Below the pieces are notes generated by a model that saw only the letters and a list, made by a program, of their open reading frames with translations, searched no databases and was not told the DNA's origin. From an uncultured Prevotellaceae bacterium (GTDB taxonomy: Bacteria > Bacteroidota > Bacteroidia > Bacteroidales > Bacteroidaceae), in the NCBI GenBank assembly GCA_900543815.1, contig UQST01000005.1:54908-118907 (forward strand): 64,000 nt of DNA, in the 5' to 3' direction. Of the stretch, positions 49,516 to 60,833 are shown piece by piece. The position numbers and the translations under genes were made by a program. Position 1 is the stretch's first letter. Every line of letters starts with the position of its first letter.

Positions 49516-51996
49516 TTGCAATTGGATAGAACCAAAAAGGCAAAAGAAAACATGATAGCTGTCCCAATCAGGCGTAAGCTGAAGATCGCGCTGCGCAAAA
49601 TATATGGTGGCCCCTGGTACAAGAAACTGGCGGTGTGGCCATGCACCTTTGTGCTGCTTCTCATACTGGGTCTGGGAGCGGTGGATTGCAATTTCCTCTA
49701 TCTCTTCGGGCGCTCACCGGGCTTCAAGGATATTGAGAATCCCGTGGTGAGCGAGGCTTCCGAGGTGTATAGTGCCGACAGCGTGCAGCTCGGACGCTTC
49801 TTCAGCGAAAACCGCACACCGGTGGAGTACAACGAGATATCGCCTGTGCTCATCCACACACTGATAGATACCGAGGACGAACGCTTCTATCATCATCATG
49901 GTGTAGATTTCAAAGGGCTCTTTGCAGCCGTCAAGGATATGGCCCGCGGGCGGGCTCGAGGTGCCAGCACCATCACTCAGCAGTTGGCCAAGAACCTCTT
50001 CCGCGTACGCACCCAGTATTCTACAGGACTGCTCGGATACATTCCCGGGGTGAGGCTCTTGGTGATGAAAGCCAAGGAATGGATAGTTGCCATCAAGCTG
50101 GAGATTATATTCAATAAGGAGGAGATACTCACCATGTATCTCAATACGGTGGATTTCGGCAGCAACTCTTTTGGCATCAAAACTGCCGCGCGCTCCTATT
50201 TCGGCACCACGCCGGATAAGTTGACCCACGAGCAGGCTGCTGTGCTGGTGGGACTTCTCAAGGCAACCAGCAGCTACAATCCACGCATCAACCCCCGCAA
50301 CAGCCTCTCGCGCCGCAACACGGTACTCGATCTGGTATATGCACATGGGCACCTCACCGTGGACGGCAAAGTGGCCACACGCGGGCAGCTGGACTCCATC
50401 AAGGCACTGCCTATCCAGTTGGCCAGCCGCCACACAGCCAGCAGCTATGACGGCCAGGCTCCTTACTTCCGTGAGCAACTGGTGGATTACATCAATGACT
50501 TATGCGAGCAGGGGCTTGTGCCAGGCTATGACGGAGACAACAAACTGGACCTCTATGCCGACGGACTGACCATCTATACTTCGCTGGACAGCCGCATGCA
50601 GGCTTATGCCGAGCAGGCTGTGCTCAAGCAGATGAAGGTCATACAGCAGCGCTTTGACAATCATTGGGGCAGTACGCCACCTTGGCAAGACCGCCAGCAC
50701 AGGGAGATTCCGCACTTCATAGAAGACTTGGCCAAGCGTACTACACATTATAAATATCTGAAGGAACGCTTCCCCGACCAGCCCGACTCCGTGGAGTATT
50801 ACCTCAACCAGCCGCATTCCGTGCAGGTGTTCACCTATGACGGGATGCAGGAGAAGGAGTTGAGTACGATGGACTCCATACGCTATATGGTGCGGTTTAT
50901 GCACTGCGGTTTTGTGGCCATCGAACCAGACACCCGCCAGGTGAAGGCTTGGGTGGGCGATATAGACTTCAAGCCGTGGAAGTATGACAAGGTGACGGCC
51001 ATGCGCCAGCCTGGTTCCACCTTCAAGCTCTTCGTCTATGCCGAGGCGATGAACCAAGGACTGACACCTTGCGACAAGCGCTTGGATGCCTATGTAGCTT
51101 ATCCCGATACGATTGACGACAAGCCCACCGTGTGGGCACCACATAATGCCAACGGCTACTTCACCGGTGCACAGATGCCGCTCAAGAGCGCTTTTGCACA
51201 GAGTATAAATAGTGTGGCTGTTCGTCTGGGCATGGAAGTGGGCATCCCCAATGTAGCCCGCACAGCTCATGCAATGGGCATCCAGTCGCCCCTGCATGAG
51301 ACCAAGTCGCTCAGTCTGGGCAGCAGCGATGTCAATCTGCTCGAGTTGGTCAACAGTTATTGCACGGTGATAGATGACGGCAAGTACAACATGCCCATCC
51401 TGGTGACGAAGATTCTCGACCGGGACGGCAAGGTCATCTATGATGCCCAGTTGCATGAGAGTCAGGCTATTCCTTACCGCTCGGCCTACCTCATGCAGAC
51501 GATGCTTCGTGCCGGACTTACTGAGAGGGGCGGAACAACAGCCGCTCTGTGGGAATACATCCATCCCGTGCTGCAATACACTGAGTTTGGTGGCAAGACG
51601 GGAACCAGCAACAACCACTCCGATGCCTGGTTTGTGGGCGTTACACCCAAACTGGTGGGTGGCGCCTGGGTAGGTGGCGAGTATCGAAGCATACACTTCC
51701 GCACGGGAGCTTTAGGCCAAGGCAGTCGCACCGCACTTCCCATCTTTGGCTATTTCATACAGGATGTGCTCAAGGACGAACGCTTCAGCAAGTACCGCCA
51801 GAAGTTCGCTCCTCCACGCGACTTGGATGCCAGCCTCTGGACGTGCAGCGGCTATTATGCCCAGCCCAATGACAGTACGGATACCGACTCACTCGACATC
51901 GAGACCGAACTCGGTGTGGAACAGGATTTGGAGAACGGTGCCGTGCAGGAAACAGAAGACGTGAATTCCACACCTGAGGAAGTGCTGGATGAGTAG
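49516..51996 (+). CDS. mrcA: Class A penicillin-binding protein 1A (transglycosylase + transpeptidase)
   Basis: 826 aa; N-terminal TM helix; GT51 motifs (EDERFYHHHGVD, RGASTITQQ); transpeptidase SXXK-like STFK, SxN (SIN), KTG (KTGT). Confidence 0.85.
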   Translation: MQLDRTKKAKENMIAVPIRRKLKIALRKIYGGPWYKKLAVWPCTFVLLLILGLGAVDCNFLYLFGRSPGFKDIENPVVSEASEVYSADSVQLGRFFSENRTPVEYNEISPVLIHTLIDTEDERFYHHHGVDFKGLFAAVKDMARGRARGASTITQQLAKNLFRVRTQYSTGLLGYIPGVRLLVMKAKEWIVAIKLEIIFNKEEILTMYLNTVDFGSNSFGIKTAARSYFGTTPDKLTHEQAAVLVGLLKATSSYNPRINPRNSLSRRNTVLDLVYAHGHLTVDGKVATRGQLDSIKALPIQLASRHTASSYDGQAPYFREQLVDYINDLCEQGLVPGYDGDNKLDLYADGLTIYTSLDSRMQAYAEQAVLKQMKVIQQRFDNHWGSTPPWQDRQHREIPHFIEDLAKRTTHYKYLKERFPDQPDSVEYYLNQPHSVQVFTYDGMQEKELSTMDSIRYMVRFMHCGFVAIEPDTRQVKAWVGDIDFKPWKYDKVTAMRQPGSTFKLFVYAEAMNQGLTPCDKRLDAYVAYPDTIDDKPTVWAPHNANGYFTGAQMPLKSAFAQSINSVAVRLGMEVGIPNVARTAHAMGIQSPLHETKSLSLGSSDVNLLELVNSYCTVIDDGKYNMPILVTKILDRDGKVIYDAQLHESQAIPYRSAYLMQTMLRAGLTERGGTTAALWEYIHPVLQYTEFGGKTGTSNNHSDAWFVGVTPKLVGGAWVGGEYRSIHFRTGALGQGSRTALPIFGYFIQDVLKDERFSKYRQKFAPPRDLDASLWTCSGYYAQPNDSTDTDSLDIETELGVEQDLENGAVQETEDVNSTPEEVLDE

Positions 51997-54013
51997 TCGG
52001 GAGATAGATACATCGAGCGCGGAGTTCCAAAACGCGCTCTCTCTGATACACTTCACGCATCAGTCAGTATTTTTGACTGGCAAGGCAGGAACGGGTAAAA
52101 GCACGTTTCTCAGGTACGTGTGCAAGAATGTGAAGAAGAAACATGTGGTGCTTGCACCCACGGGCATCGCGGCTATCAATGTAGAAGGTAGTACGTTGCA
52201 TAGTTTCTTCAAGCTTCCTTTCTATCCGCTCATCCCCGATGATCCCAAGTTTTCTCCGCGCAAGATACGCGACTTTCTCAAGTATAGGAAAAGTCACATA
52301 AAATTGCTTCAGCACGTGGAACTCATCATCATAGACGAGATTTCCATGGTGCGGGCCGATATCATCGACTTCATCGACCGTGTTCTGAGAGTCTATTGTC
52401 ACAACATGCGTGAACCGTTCGGCGGCAAGCAGATGCTCTTTGTGGGCGATGTGTTCCAGTTGGAACCTGTGGTGAAGGCCGACGAGCGCGATATTCTCTC
52501 ACGCTATTATCCCAACCCCTATTTCTTCTCGGCGCGTGTGTTCCGTGAGATGAACCTTGTAAGCATCGAGCTTCAGAAGGTCTTCCGCCAGAGTGACAGA
52601 GCGTTTATCTCCGCCCTCGACCATATACGCGAGAACCAGGTGAGCGAACTGGAATTGCAGTTGCTCAATACCCGCTATTCGGAGCAAGAAGTGGGGGAGA
52701 AGGGCGACAGCACATCGGACTACAATATCGTGCTTGCTACCAGGCGCGACAATGTGGATTTCACCAACCAGAACGAACTGGACAAACTGCCCGCCAAGTC
52801 GGTGATCTTCGACGGAAAGATACGTGGCGAGTTTCCCGAAGCATCCTTGCCCACCCTGCTTCACCTGGAGCTGAAGGAAGGTGCGCAGGTTATCTTCGTG
52901 AAGAATGACCCAGAGAAGCGCTGGGTCAACGGCACACTGGGCAGTATCACCGAGATAGACGAGGAGCACAATACGCTGGATGTGGTGACCGAAGACGGCT
53001 TGCCCGTGACGGTCTGCCCGGAATCCTGGAGCAACGTGCGCTATACGCTCAACGAGAAAGAGCATAAGATAGAGGAAGAGGAGATAGGCACCTTCACCCA
53101 GTTTCCGCTCCGTCTGGCATGGGCCATCACCATCCACAAGAGCCAGGGACTCACTTTCCGCAACGTAACAGTGGATTTCACCGGCGGCACCTTTGCGGGC
53201 GGGCAGGCTTATGTGGCACTCAGCCGATGCACCTCACTGGACGGGCTTACCCTCAAGAGGCGGCTCACCCGCTCCGATATCTTCGTCCGGCCCGAGATAG
53301 TCAACTTCGCCCGGCAGTTCAATGACCAGCAAGCTCTGGAGCATGCACTGCGCTTTGCCAAGGCCGACAATGAGTATCGTGCCTGCTGCAAAGCCTTTGA
53401 CAGGGGTGATATGCAGGAATGTCTCGACCACTTCTTTGTGGCCATCCACACCCGCTACGACATAGAACGGCCACAGGCCAAAAGGCTCATCCGACGCAAG
53501 TTGAACGTCTTCAGGAAGCTTAGGGACGACAGGGATGAGATGCGCAGGCAGCTCGACAGCCAGAATGAGAAGTTGGAGCGGCTTGCCAAGGAGTTTGTGT
53601 CGCTGGGAGACCAGTGTGTGACAGAAGCCCACAACGTGAAAGCCGCTCTTGCCAATTACAACAAAGCCATCGACCTAAGTCCGCGTCTGCTCATTGCCTG
53701 GGTGCGCAGGGGAGTCACTTTGGCCGACTCCGGCAAGTTGGATGACGCTCTGCGCGACCTCAATCAGGCAGTTGTCCTCTCACCGCGTTCCTTCAAAGCC
53801 ATCTACAACAGGGGACGTGTATTCATGCAGAAGCAACTTTGGGCGGAAGCCATAAGCGACCTCACACGTGCTACCAGCCTGAAGGAGAAAAATCCCAAGC
53901 CGTATCATCTGCTCGGGGATGCCTACTCGCGTATGGGCGATGAAGAAAAGGCATTGCTCTACTGGGAACTTGCCCGAAGGCTCGAAAAAGGCTCCTCGGA
54001 CAACGTTTCTTAG
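51989..54013 (+). CDS. PIF1-family SF1B DNA helicase with C-terminal TPR repeats
   Basis: 674 aa; Walker A GKAGTGKST; DEISM (Walker B); C-terminal TPR-like repeats (AIDLSPR..., AISDLTRATSL...); start overlaps the mrcA stop by 8 nt. Confidence 0.8.
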   Translation: MSSREIDTSSAEFQNALSLIHFTHQSVFLTGKAGTGKSTFLRYVCKNVKKKHVVLAPTGIAAINVEGSTLHSFFKLPFYPLIPDDPKFSPRKIRDFLKYRKSHIKLLQHVELIIIDEISMVRADIIDFIDRVLRVYCHNMREPFGGKQMLFVGDVFQLEPVVKADERDILSRYYPNPYFFSARVFREMNLVSIELQKVFRQSDRAFISALDHIRENQVSELELQLLNTRYSEQEVGEKGDSTSDYNIVLATRRDNVDFTNQNELDKLPAKSVIFDGKIRGEFPEASLPTLLHLELKEGAQVIFVKNDPEKRWVNGTLGSITEIDEEHNTLDVVTEDGLPVTVCPESWSNVRYTLNEKEHKIEEEEIGTFTQFPLRLAWAITIHKSQGLTFRNVTVDFTGGTFAGGQAYVALSRCTSLDGLTLKRRLTRSDIFVRPEIVNFARQFNDQQALEHALRFAKADNEYRACCKAFDRGDMQECLDHFFVAIHTRYDIERPQAKRLIRRKLNVFRKLRDDRDEMRRQLDSQNEKLERLAKEFVSLGDQCVTEAHNVKAALANYNKAIDLSPRLLIAWVRRGVTLADSGKLDDALRDLNQAVVLSPRSFKAIYNRGRVFMQKQLWAEAISDLTRATSLKEKNPKPYHLLGDAYSRMGDEEKALLYWELARRLEKGSSDNVS

Positions 54014-54254
54014 CATTTCACATTGCACAGATGTGCCAATTTATGCAATTATTAACTTTTATTTGTTAAATTTAGTTAAATGGATACTAATCTACTTTGG
54101 CAAGGTTAGGTAGTCCCTAAGAATTGATGTAAATTTGCTTTGTTAAGTGTCACCAAACGCCAAGATGGATGCCATAAACGACGCAAACCGGCAGAAATCT
54201 GGGAACACGTAGGGAACAAGAACAAAATAATAAACTAAATAATAACACTAAAAA

Positions 54255-57200
54255 ATGCGTATGACTAACCGTTTAAGCAAATGGAGCAGGCGTTCATCAC
54301 AAGTGGTGTGCCTGCTGGCAGCGTGCGGCCTGATGTATGCTTGTAAGGATGAGTTCACGCTGGACGATGAAAAGCCCAGTTGGCTCAACTCCAGCATCTA
54401 CGAGAGTCTGCAGAATCGCGGTAATTTCAAAACGTACTTGCGGCTTCTGTCTGACAAGGACGTCAATTCCGCCAATGCACGTCCTCTTTCGGAGGTGTTG
54501 AGCAGAACAGGCTCCAAGACTGTGTTCGTGGCTAATGACGAGGCTTGGCAGAAGTTCTTCGAGCACAATGCAACACTGCCGGAGGCAAACCCATGGCACT
54601 CAGCCACAAGTTATGAAAACCTGAGCCAGGCTCAGAAGAAGTTGCTCATACATACAAGTATGCTCAACAACTCAATCGTGATGGAGAACCTGGCCAGCAG
54701 TGAGGCTTCTGGTTCCAACTCTCCTGTTCGCGGTGAGTATATGCGCAGATACACCGACGTGGTGGTGACTGACTCTATTACCTATGTTCCTTCCAATCAG
54801 CTGCCCGTAAGCTACAGCCCCGTGGATAAGGACTACTGGTGGCGCTTCCGTGAGGAGAATGGTGGTAAGGGACTCTACATGGTGACCGATAACACTCCCT
54901 CTATGATGCTGCACTTCACCAGCGAGCATCTGACCAAGAACACAGTGACAGATGAGGACTTCGCTATCTTCATGGGTCAGGAACGCGTAACAAGCGACGT
55001 GCATATCTATGGCTCTAAGCTGATAGAGAAAGACGGTGTGTGTGAGAACGGTTATGTGAACGTGACTGATGCTCCCCTCTGCCCCGTAGCAAGTATGGCA
55101 GAAGTGATCCGCACCAATGGCAAGACCAACATCTTCAGCCACATGCTCGACCGCTACAGTGCACCTTTCTACGACAAGACGCTCTCTGAGTCTTACCACG
55201 ACTTGCACCAGGAGTTCGAGGATTCTATCTTTATTAAGAGATATGTGTCTGACAACGGTTATGGTCATAGAAAGTGGGCTTATGAGCCTGGTCCTCTGGG
55301 AACCACCGACAAGTACATGCCCTATAAGGACGATACCAGCAAGGATATTATTCCCAGCCTGAAGTTCGACCCCGCATGGAACGGCCTTTATGATGAGGTA
55401 CGCGTGGAGAAGGATATGGCTTCTATGTTCATCCCCAGCGATGAGGCACTCTGGAAGTACTTCACACAGGGTGGTGGTCTGCAGCTGATTGAGACCTATG
55501 GTGATCCCAATATGGTATATGAGTCAGTGGATGACCTCTACAAGAACATCGACAATATTCCTTTGGGTACTCTGCAGAGCCTTATCAACATCATCATGAT
55601 CCGCTCATTCGTGGGTAGTGTACCCAGCAAGATGACCAAGCTTCGTGATGATGCCCAGGAGCAGCTCTTCTATGCCGAGGACATCGAAAAGATTGATACC
55701 TGTCTGCTGGCCAGCAACGGTGCTGTATATATAATGAGTGATATCTACGGTCCTGCCGACTATACCTCTGTTACATCACCTGCCTACATCAGTAAGACAA
55801 ACAACATCATCAAGTGGGCTATCTATGACCAGACTTACATGGGTCTGAACTACTACGCCTACCTGAAGGCTATGCAGAGTGAGTTCACATTCTTCCTGCC
55901 TTCTGACTCTGCTCTTCTTTATTATTATGATCCCACCAGTATGAAGAGCCGCACACCTCGTGTGATGCAGTTGTCATACAAGAACAAGACATTCCCCATC
56001 GAGGCTCGTAACTACAACTACTATGGTCTCTACAACTCTACTGCAGACAACCCCGTAGGTACTATTGGCCGTGCTATTACAGGTCAGGGTGGTACCGTGC
56101 AGCAGGGTGAGATTACCAACCGTCTGAAGGATATTCTGGAGAGCCACACCATCGTGCACGACGGAACCAATCCTATCGATGGTGAGGACGAGTACTTCCT
56201 CTCCAAGAACGGTAACGCCATCAAGGTGGTTCGCGATGAGAACGGTCATGTAATCAAGGCTATGGGTGGCTTCCAGCTGGAGAATCAGCGTCAGCATGTC
56301 GATACAGAGACTATCGGTGTGACCGAGTGTGATGTGACAAAGCCTTTCGAGGGTCTGAAGAACGGACAGACATACGTGATGGACTCTCCCCTGGTGCCCA
56401 CATTCCGTAGTGTATATAGTATCCTGACCAACGATGATGACCAGAACAGATGGGACGAAGAGGCTTGGGCGAACAACCCCTATGCTGAGTTCTACTACCT
56501 CTGTCAGGCTGATGCCTATGATGACATCATCAAGGGTTGCGGTCTGGTAGATGAGCGCTGGTCAAGCAGCGAGCAGAAGTCTGCTATGAAGAAGTTCCAC
56601 GTATTTGTCAACGACAACGGTCCTGACTACAACGTGCAGTTCTTCAACAACTACCGTTATACTATTTTCGTTCCTACCAACGACGCTGTGCGTGCTGCCA
56701 TTGCTGCCGGTCTGCCCACATGGGAGCAGATTGAGGAGGACTACAAGGCTCACCGCAAGAAGGAGTGGGATCCCGAAACCAACGACTGGAAGCAGAGCCC
56801 CGACTCACGTCCAGACTCTATCGTGTATGAATATACTGACTCTCTGGAGACCACAGAGGACAGCTTGCGTATCGCTACAAAGATCACTTATCTGACCAAC
56901 TTCATCCGTTATCACTTCGCCGACAACTCTGTGTTTGCCGACAAGTCTCCTTTGGCTGACAATGAGATGGTGACATCAAGCTTCGATAGCGAGCTCGGAC
57001 TGTTCTGCAAGATACATGTGGATCGCATCCCCAACGGTGATGAGACTGTTCTGCGTGTATGTGACGACCAGACTTACAAGGTGAACCCCAACCAGAAGAT
57101 GGAGATAGTGGGCGAGAAGAACGTGATTGCACGTGATATGGCTTGCTCTAAGCGCCCTGTGGGTGTCGTGATGACCGGTATCAGCCTGGATGCTTCCAGT

Positions 57201-57329
57201 GCTGCCGTGATACACCAGATTGATGGCGTACTCAACCACACTGCACTTGTAAATGGCAGATATGACTCCACTTGGGCTACTCCCCAGGCTGCCAAGAAAT
57301 ATCTTAAGAGATACGGTACTATCAAGTAA
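54255..57329 (+). CDS. Fasciclin (FAS1) domain-containing lipoprotein
   Basis: 1024 aa; lipoprotein signal (LLAACGLMYAC); FAS1 H1/H2-like motifs KTVFVANDEAW, YTIFVPTNDAVRAAI, IHQIDGVLNH. Confidence 0.75.
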   Translation: MRMTNRLSKWSRRSSQVVCLLAACGLMYACKDEFTLDDEKPSWLNSSIYESLQNRGNFKTYLRLLSDKDVNSANARPLSEVLSRTGSKTVFVANDEAWQKFFEHNATLPEANPWHSATSYENLSQAQKKLLIHTSMLNNSIVMENLASSEASGSNSPVRGEYMRRYTDVVVTDSITYVPSNQLPVSYSPVDKDYWWRFREENGGKGLYMVTDNTPSMMLHFTSEHLTKNTVTDEDFAIFMGQERVTSDVHIYGSKLIEKDGVCENGYVNVTDAPLCPVASMAEVIRTNGKTNIFSHMLDRYSAPFYDKTLSESYHDLHQEFEDSIFIKRYVSDNGYGHRKWAYEPGPLGTTDKYMPYKDDTSKDIIPSLKFDPAWNGLYDEVRVEKDMASMFIPSDEALWKYFTQGGGLQLIETYGDPNMVYESVDDLYKNIDNIPLGTLQSLINIIMIRSFVGSVPSKMTKLRDDAQEQLFYAEDIEKIDTCLLASNGAVYIMSDIYGPADYTSVTSPAYISKTNNIIKWAIYDQTYMGLNYYAYLKAMQSEFTFFLPSDSALLYYYDPTSMKSRTPRVMQLSYKNKTFPIEARNYNYYGLYNSTADNPVGTIGRAITGQGGTVQQGEITNRLKDILESHTIVHDGTNPIDGEDEYFLSKNGNAIKVVRDENGHVIKAMGGFQLENQRQHVDTETIGVTECDVTKPFEGLKNGQTYVMDSPLVPTFRSVYSILTNDDDQNRWDEEAWANNPYAEFYYLCQADAYDDIIKGCGLVDERWSSSEQKSAMKKFHVFVNDNGPDYNVQFFNNYRYTIFVPTNDAVRAAIAAGLPTWEQIEEDYKAHRKKEWDPETNDWKQSPDSRPDSIVYEYTDSLETTEDSLRIATKITYLTNFIRYHFADNSVFADKSPLADNEMVTSSFDSELGLFCKIHVDRIPNGDETVLRVCDDQTYKVNPNQKMEIVGEKNVIARDMACSKRPVGVVMTGISLDASSAAVIHQIDGVLNHTALVNGRYDSTWATPQAAKKYLKRYGTIK

Positions 57330-57341
57330 TACACTTTCACT

Positions 57342-60300
57342 ATGAACAAACTTATCAAGCTTATATTGCTTTGGGTGATAGCCATGATGGCTTTGCCCGC
57401 AAGTGCACAGCAACGGCGTATCTCCGGTACCGTATCGGATGAGATTGATGTCATCATGGGTGCCAACGTTGTGGAGAAAGACAAGAACAACCGTATTGTC
57501 AGCCAGACTGTGACGGATATGAATGGTAACTTCACCATGAATATCAAGGATCCCAACAACACACTGATTATCTCCTTCATGGGTTACAAGAGTTTCTCAC
57601 AGAAGGTGGGTAGCAAGAATGTGTTCAAGGTAACTCTGCAGGACAATGTGAAGACCATGAAGGAGGTTGTGGTAAAGGGTAAGCAGAATGCACCTACCAC
57701 AGGTCTTGAGATTCCTGCACGTGAGTATGCAGGTGTGGCACAGAAGTTCAGCATGGATGATGTGGCTGGCCTGTCATTCGAGTCTGTTGACCAGGCTCTG
57801 CAGGGACAGATTGCCGGTCTGGACATCGTGCCAAACTCTGGTAACCTGGGTTCTGGTACTACCATGCGTCTGCGTGGTACCACCACTATCAATGGTAACG
57901 CACAGCCTCTGATTGTTGTGAACGACCACATCTTTGAGTTGCCCGAGGACGCTCAGAACGTCAACTTCGAGACAATGGATAACGAGGAGCAGTTCTCTAC
58001 ACTGTTGAACGTTAACCCCGAGGATATCGAGAGCATCACCATCCTGAAGGATGCTGCTTCTGCTGCCAAGTGGGGTATGAGAGGTTCAAACGGTGTTATC
58101 GAGATCAAGCTGCGCCGTGGTCATAAGGGCCCCACCAACGTGGCATTCAACTACAAGTTTGATGGCACATGGCAGCCCGATGGCTACAAGATGCTGAACG
58201 GTGACGGTTACACCATGATGCTGAAGGAGGCTTACTACAACCCCAACCAGGTGCCCACAAGCATCACCGAGTTGGACTACAACATGGAGTATCCCTTCAT
58301 CTACAACCACTACAGCCACAACACCGATTGGGTGGATGCAGTGACAAAGTTCGGTAAGCAGCACAAGTACTATGTGTATCTCTCTGGTGGTGGCGAGAAG
58401 GCTACATTCCGTATCAGTGCCGGTTATGACAAGAGCACAGGTACCATCATCGGTCAGAAGCTCGACCGTTTCAGCACCACTTCTGCATTGGACTACTACG
58501 TGAGTGACCGTATCAAGTTTAGCAGTAACATCAGCTTGACCTTCACCACAAACCACAAGAACTATGGTAACGACATTCTGGCTCGCGCATACAATGCAAT
58601 GCCTAACATGAGCATCTATGAGTATGACGTGAACGGAAACGTAACTGGTAACTACTTCAACATGCTGCCTCTGGCTGCCACTTACAGCACTTCTGGCACT
58701 TACAGACTTCCTCAGAACGGCTATCGCACCTCTTATGAGTTGAGAGACCAGTTTGTGAACGGTAACCCCGTAGCACGTGCCATGAAGGCTTGGTGGAAGC
58801 AGAAACAGTACAACCTGACTCCTCAGTTCAGCGTTGAGTACAAGCTCCTGGGTAAGGAGAACGACCAGCACCGCTTGAACTATGTGGGTGACGTTCAGCT
58901 GAACATCTACAACACCAGCAATGACAACTATTGCCCCAGCGAGCTCAAGCCTATGGACTGGGTATGGGGAGGCGACAACAAGGCCGCTCTTACCTCTAAC
59001 GAGCGTAACGTTGTAAGTAACGATGAGTACAAGTCACTCGAGTTCACCACTCGTCACGACTTGCGTTACTACTCTGCATTCAAGAATAAGGATCACAGTT
59101 TGAGCGGCTTGGTTCGTTTCGAGATGGCAACAGGTAGCAGCAGCAGCCAGAATCTGGGTCTGTGGAATGCTCCCGACGGTATCACCGATCCTACAGTGGT
59201 AGCTCTGCTTCAGAGTGCCGGTTCTAACAACAGCGAGTGGAGAAGCCACAGCTTCTACGAGCAGATTCACTACGCTTACAAGGGTAAGTATAATCTGGAT
59301 GCCACTCTGCGTACCGATGGTAGCACCAGTTTCGGTGCCGGTCACAAGTATGGCACATTCCCCTCAGTAGGTGCTCGTTGGAACATCAGCGATGAGGGTT
59401 TCATGCAGTGGAGTAAGAAATGGCTGAGCATGCTGGCCTTCCGTCCCACATGGGGTATCACTGGTAACACCGGTGGTAGCGGTTCCGACCAGTACAACAA
59501 GTACTCAACCAGCGGTTACTATGCAGGTCACCAGGTGATCAAGCCCGAGAACCTGTCTCTGACACAGCTGAAGTGGGAGAAGACCAAGCAGTGGAACTTA
59601 GGTTTCAACTTGGGTCTGCTCAACGACCTGTTGAACTTCGAGCTCGAGGTTTACAACAAGAAGACCACCGACCTGCTGATGAACAATCTGCGTATTGCCA
59701 GTGCCAATGGTTTCACCAGCCTGTCAAAAGCTAACGTAGGTGTTCTCCGCAACAAGGGTTGGGAGTTGAATGCTTACACATCTAAGTTCGCTAGGGTTGG
59801 CAAGTTCTCAATGAAGCTGCGTGGTAACATCGCTCAGAACTTCAATGAGGTAGAGGAAATGGATCCCCTGATTCTGGAGGCTCTGAATGGCGCCGAGACT
59901 TATCAGCCTGGCAACCTCTCCTATAACAACCGTGTACAGATCGGCAATGCTCTGGGTTCTATCTACGGCTTGCGCTACAAGGGTGTTTACCGTTATGACT
60001 ACGACCACAACGGCTACACCACAGCTTCTATCAGCTCTTATGGTTATGCCGAGGTGAACAACACTGGTTATGATGCACAGGGCAACCCCATCAACACTGC
60101 AGCTGCAGCTCAGCGCCGTCATGAGAACTTCACTTGTCCTATCGCTTATGATGCTGATGGCAACATGCTGACCGATGCAAAGGGTATTCCCTTGCCAATG
60201 TATTACTGCTACAATGAGAGCTACCGCAAGCAGTTCCAGGGTGGTGACGCTATCTACGAGGATGTGAACCACGACGGACAGATTGACCGCTATGATATGG

Positions 60301-60821
60301 TTTACCTGGGTAACTCTAACCCCAAGTGCAATGGTGGTTTCGGCTTCACATTGTTCTACGGAAGATTCTCTCTGAACACTGGTTTCAACTTCCGTATGGG
60401 TAACAAGATCATCAACCTGGCACGTGCCAACTACGAGAGCATGCGCTCTAACACCAACCAGAGCTACGCTACTACATGGCGCTGGCGCAAGAATGGTGAT
60501 GAGACAGTCATTCCTCGTGCTCTGACCAACGTCAACGGTTATGAAAGCTACAACTCTCTGCCCAGCGACCGCTACGTGGAGAATGGTAACTACCTGCGTC
60601 TGCAGTATGTGCAGTTGCGCTATGAGTTCAATCCTCAGAAACTTAAGAAATATGGTATCCGCCAGTTGACTCTGTCTGCTTCTGCCAACAACGTGTGGTG
60701 CTGGTCTAAATATACAGGTGTGGATCCTGACGTATCTCCTCAGGGCTTCTCTGTATCTACTGATAACAGCAGAACACCGCGTACTAAGTCATTTACATGC
60801 AGTGCAAACCTCAGTTTCTAA
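57342..60821 (+). CDS. SusC/RagA-family TonB-linked outer-membrane transporter
   Basis: 1159 aa; signal peptide; N-terminal carboxypeptidase-regulatory-like domain (ISGTVSDE...GANVV); plug; large barrel; C-terminal ...ANLSF. Confidence 0.9.
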   Translation: MNKLIKLILLWVIAMMALPASAQQRRISGTVSDEIDVIMGANVVEKDKNNRIVSQTVTDMNGNFTMNIKDPNNTLIISFMGYKSFSQKVGSKNVFKVTLQDNVKTMKEVVVKGKQNAPTTGLEIPAREYAGVAQKFSMDDVAGLSFESVDQALQGQIAGLDIVPNSGNLGSGTTMRLRGTTTINGNAQPLIVVNDHIFELPEDAQNVNFETMDNEEQFSTLLNVNPEDIESITILKDAASAAKWGMRGSNGVIEIKLRRGHKGPTNVAFNYKFDGTWQPDGYKMLNGDGYTMMLKEAYYNPNQVPTSITELDYNMEYPFIYNHYSHNTDWVDAVTKFGKQHKYYVYLSGGGEKATFRISAGYDKSTGTIIGQKLDRFSTTSALDYYVSDRIKFSSNISLTFTTNHKNYGNDILARAYNAMPNMSIYEYDVNGNVTGNYFNMLPLAATYSTSGTYRLPQNGYRTSYELRDQFVNGNPVARAMKAWWKQKQYNLTPQFSVEYKLLGKENDQHRLNYVGDVQLNIYNTSNDNYCPSELKPMDWVWGGDNKAALTSNERNVVSNDEYKSLEFTTRHDLRYYSAFKNKDHSLSGLVRFEMATGSSSSQNLGLWNAPDGITDPTVVALLQSAGSNNSEWRSHSFYEQIHYAYKGKYNLDATLRTDGSTSFGAGHKYGTFPSVGARWNISDEGFMQWSKKWLSMLAFRPTWGITGNTGGSGSDQYNKYSTSGYYAGHQVIKPENLSLTQLKWEKTKQWNLGFNLGLLNDLLNFELEVYNKKTTDLLMNNLRIASANGFTSLSKANVGVLRNKGWELNAYTSKFARVGKFSMKLRGNIAQNFNEVEEMDPLILEALNGAETYQPGNLSYNNRVQIGNALGSIYGLRYKGVYRYDYDHNGYTTASISSYGYAEVNNTGYDAQGNPINTAAAAQRRHENFTCPIAYDADGNMLTDAKGIPLPMYYCYNESYRKQFQGGDAIYEDVNHDGQIDRYDMVYLGNSNPKCNGGFGFTLFYGRFSLNTGFNFRMGNKIINLARANYESMRSNTNQSYATTWRWRKNGDETVIPRALTNVNGYESYNSLPSDRYVENGNYLRLQYVQLRYEFNPQKLKKYGIRQLTLSASANNVWCWSKYTGVDPDVSPQGFSVSTDNSRTPRTKSFTCSANLSF

Positions 60822-60833
60822 AATTAAGTTGAC

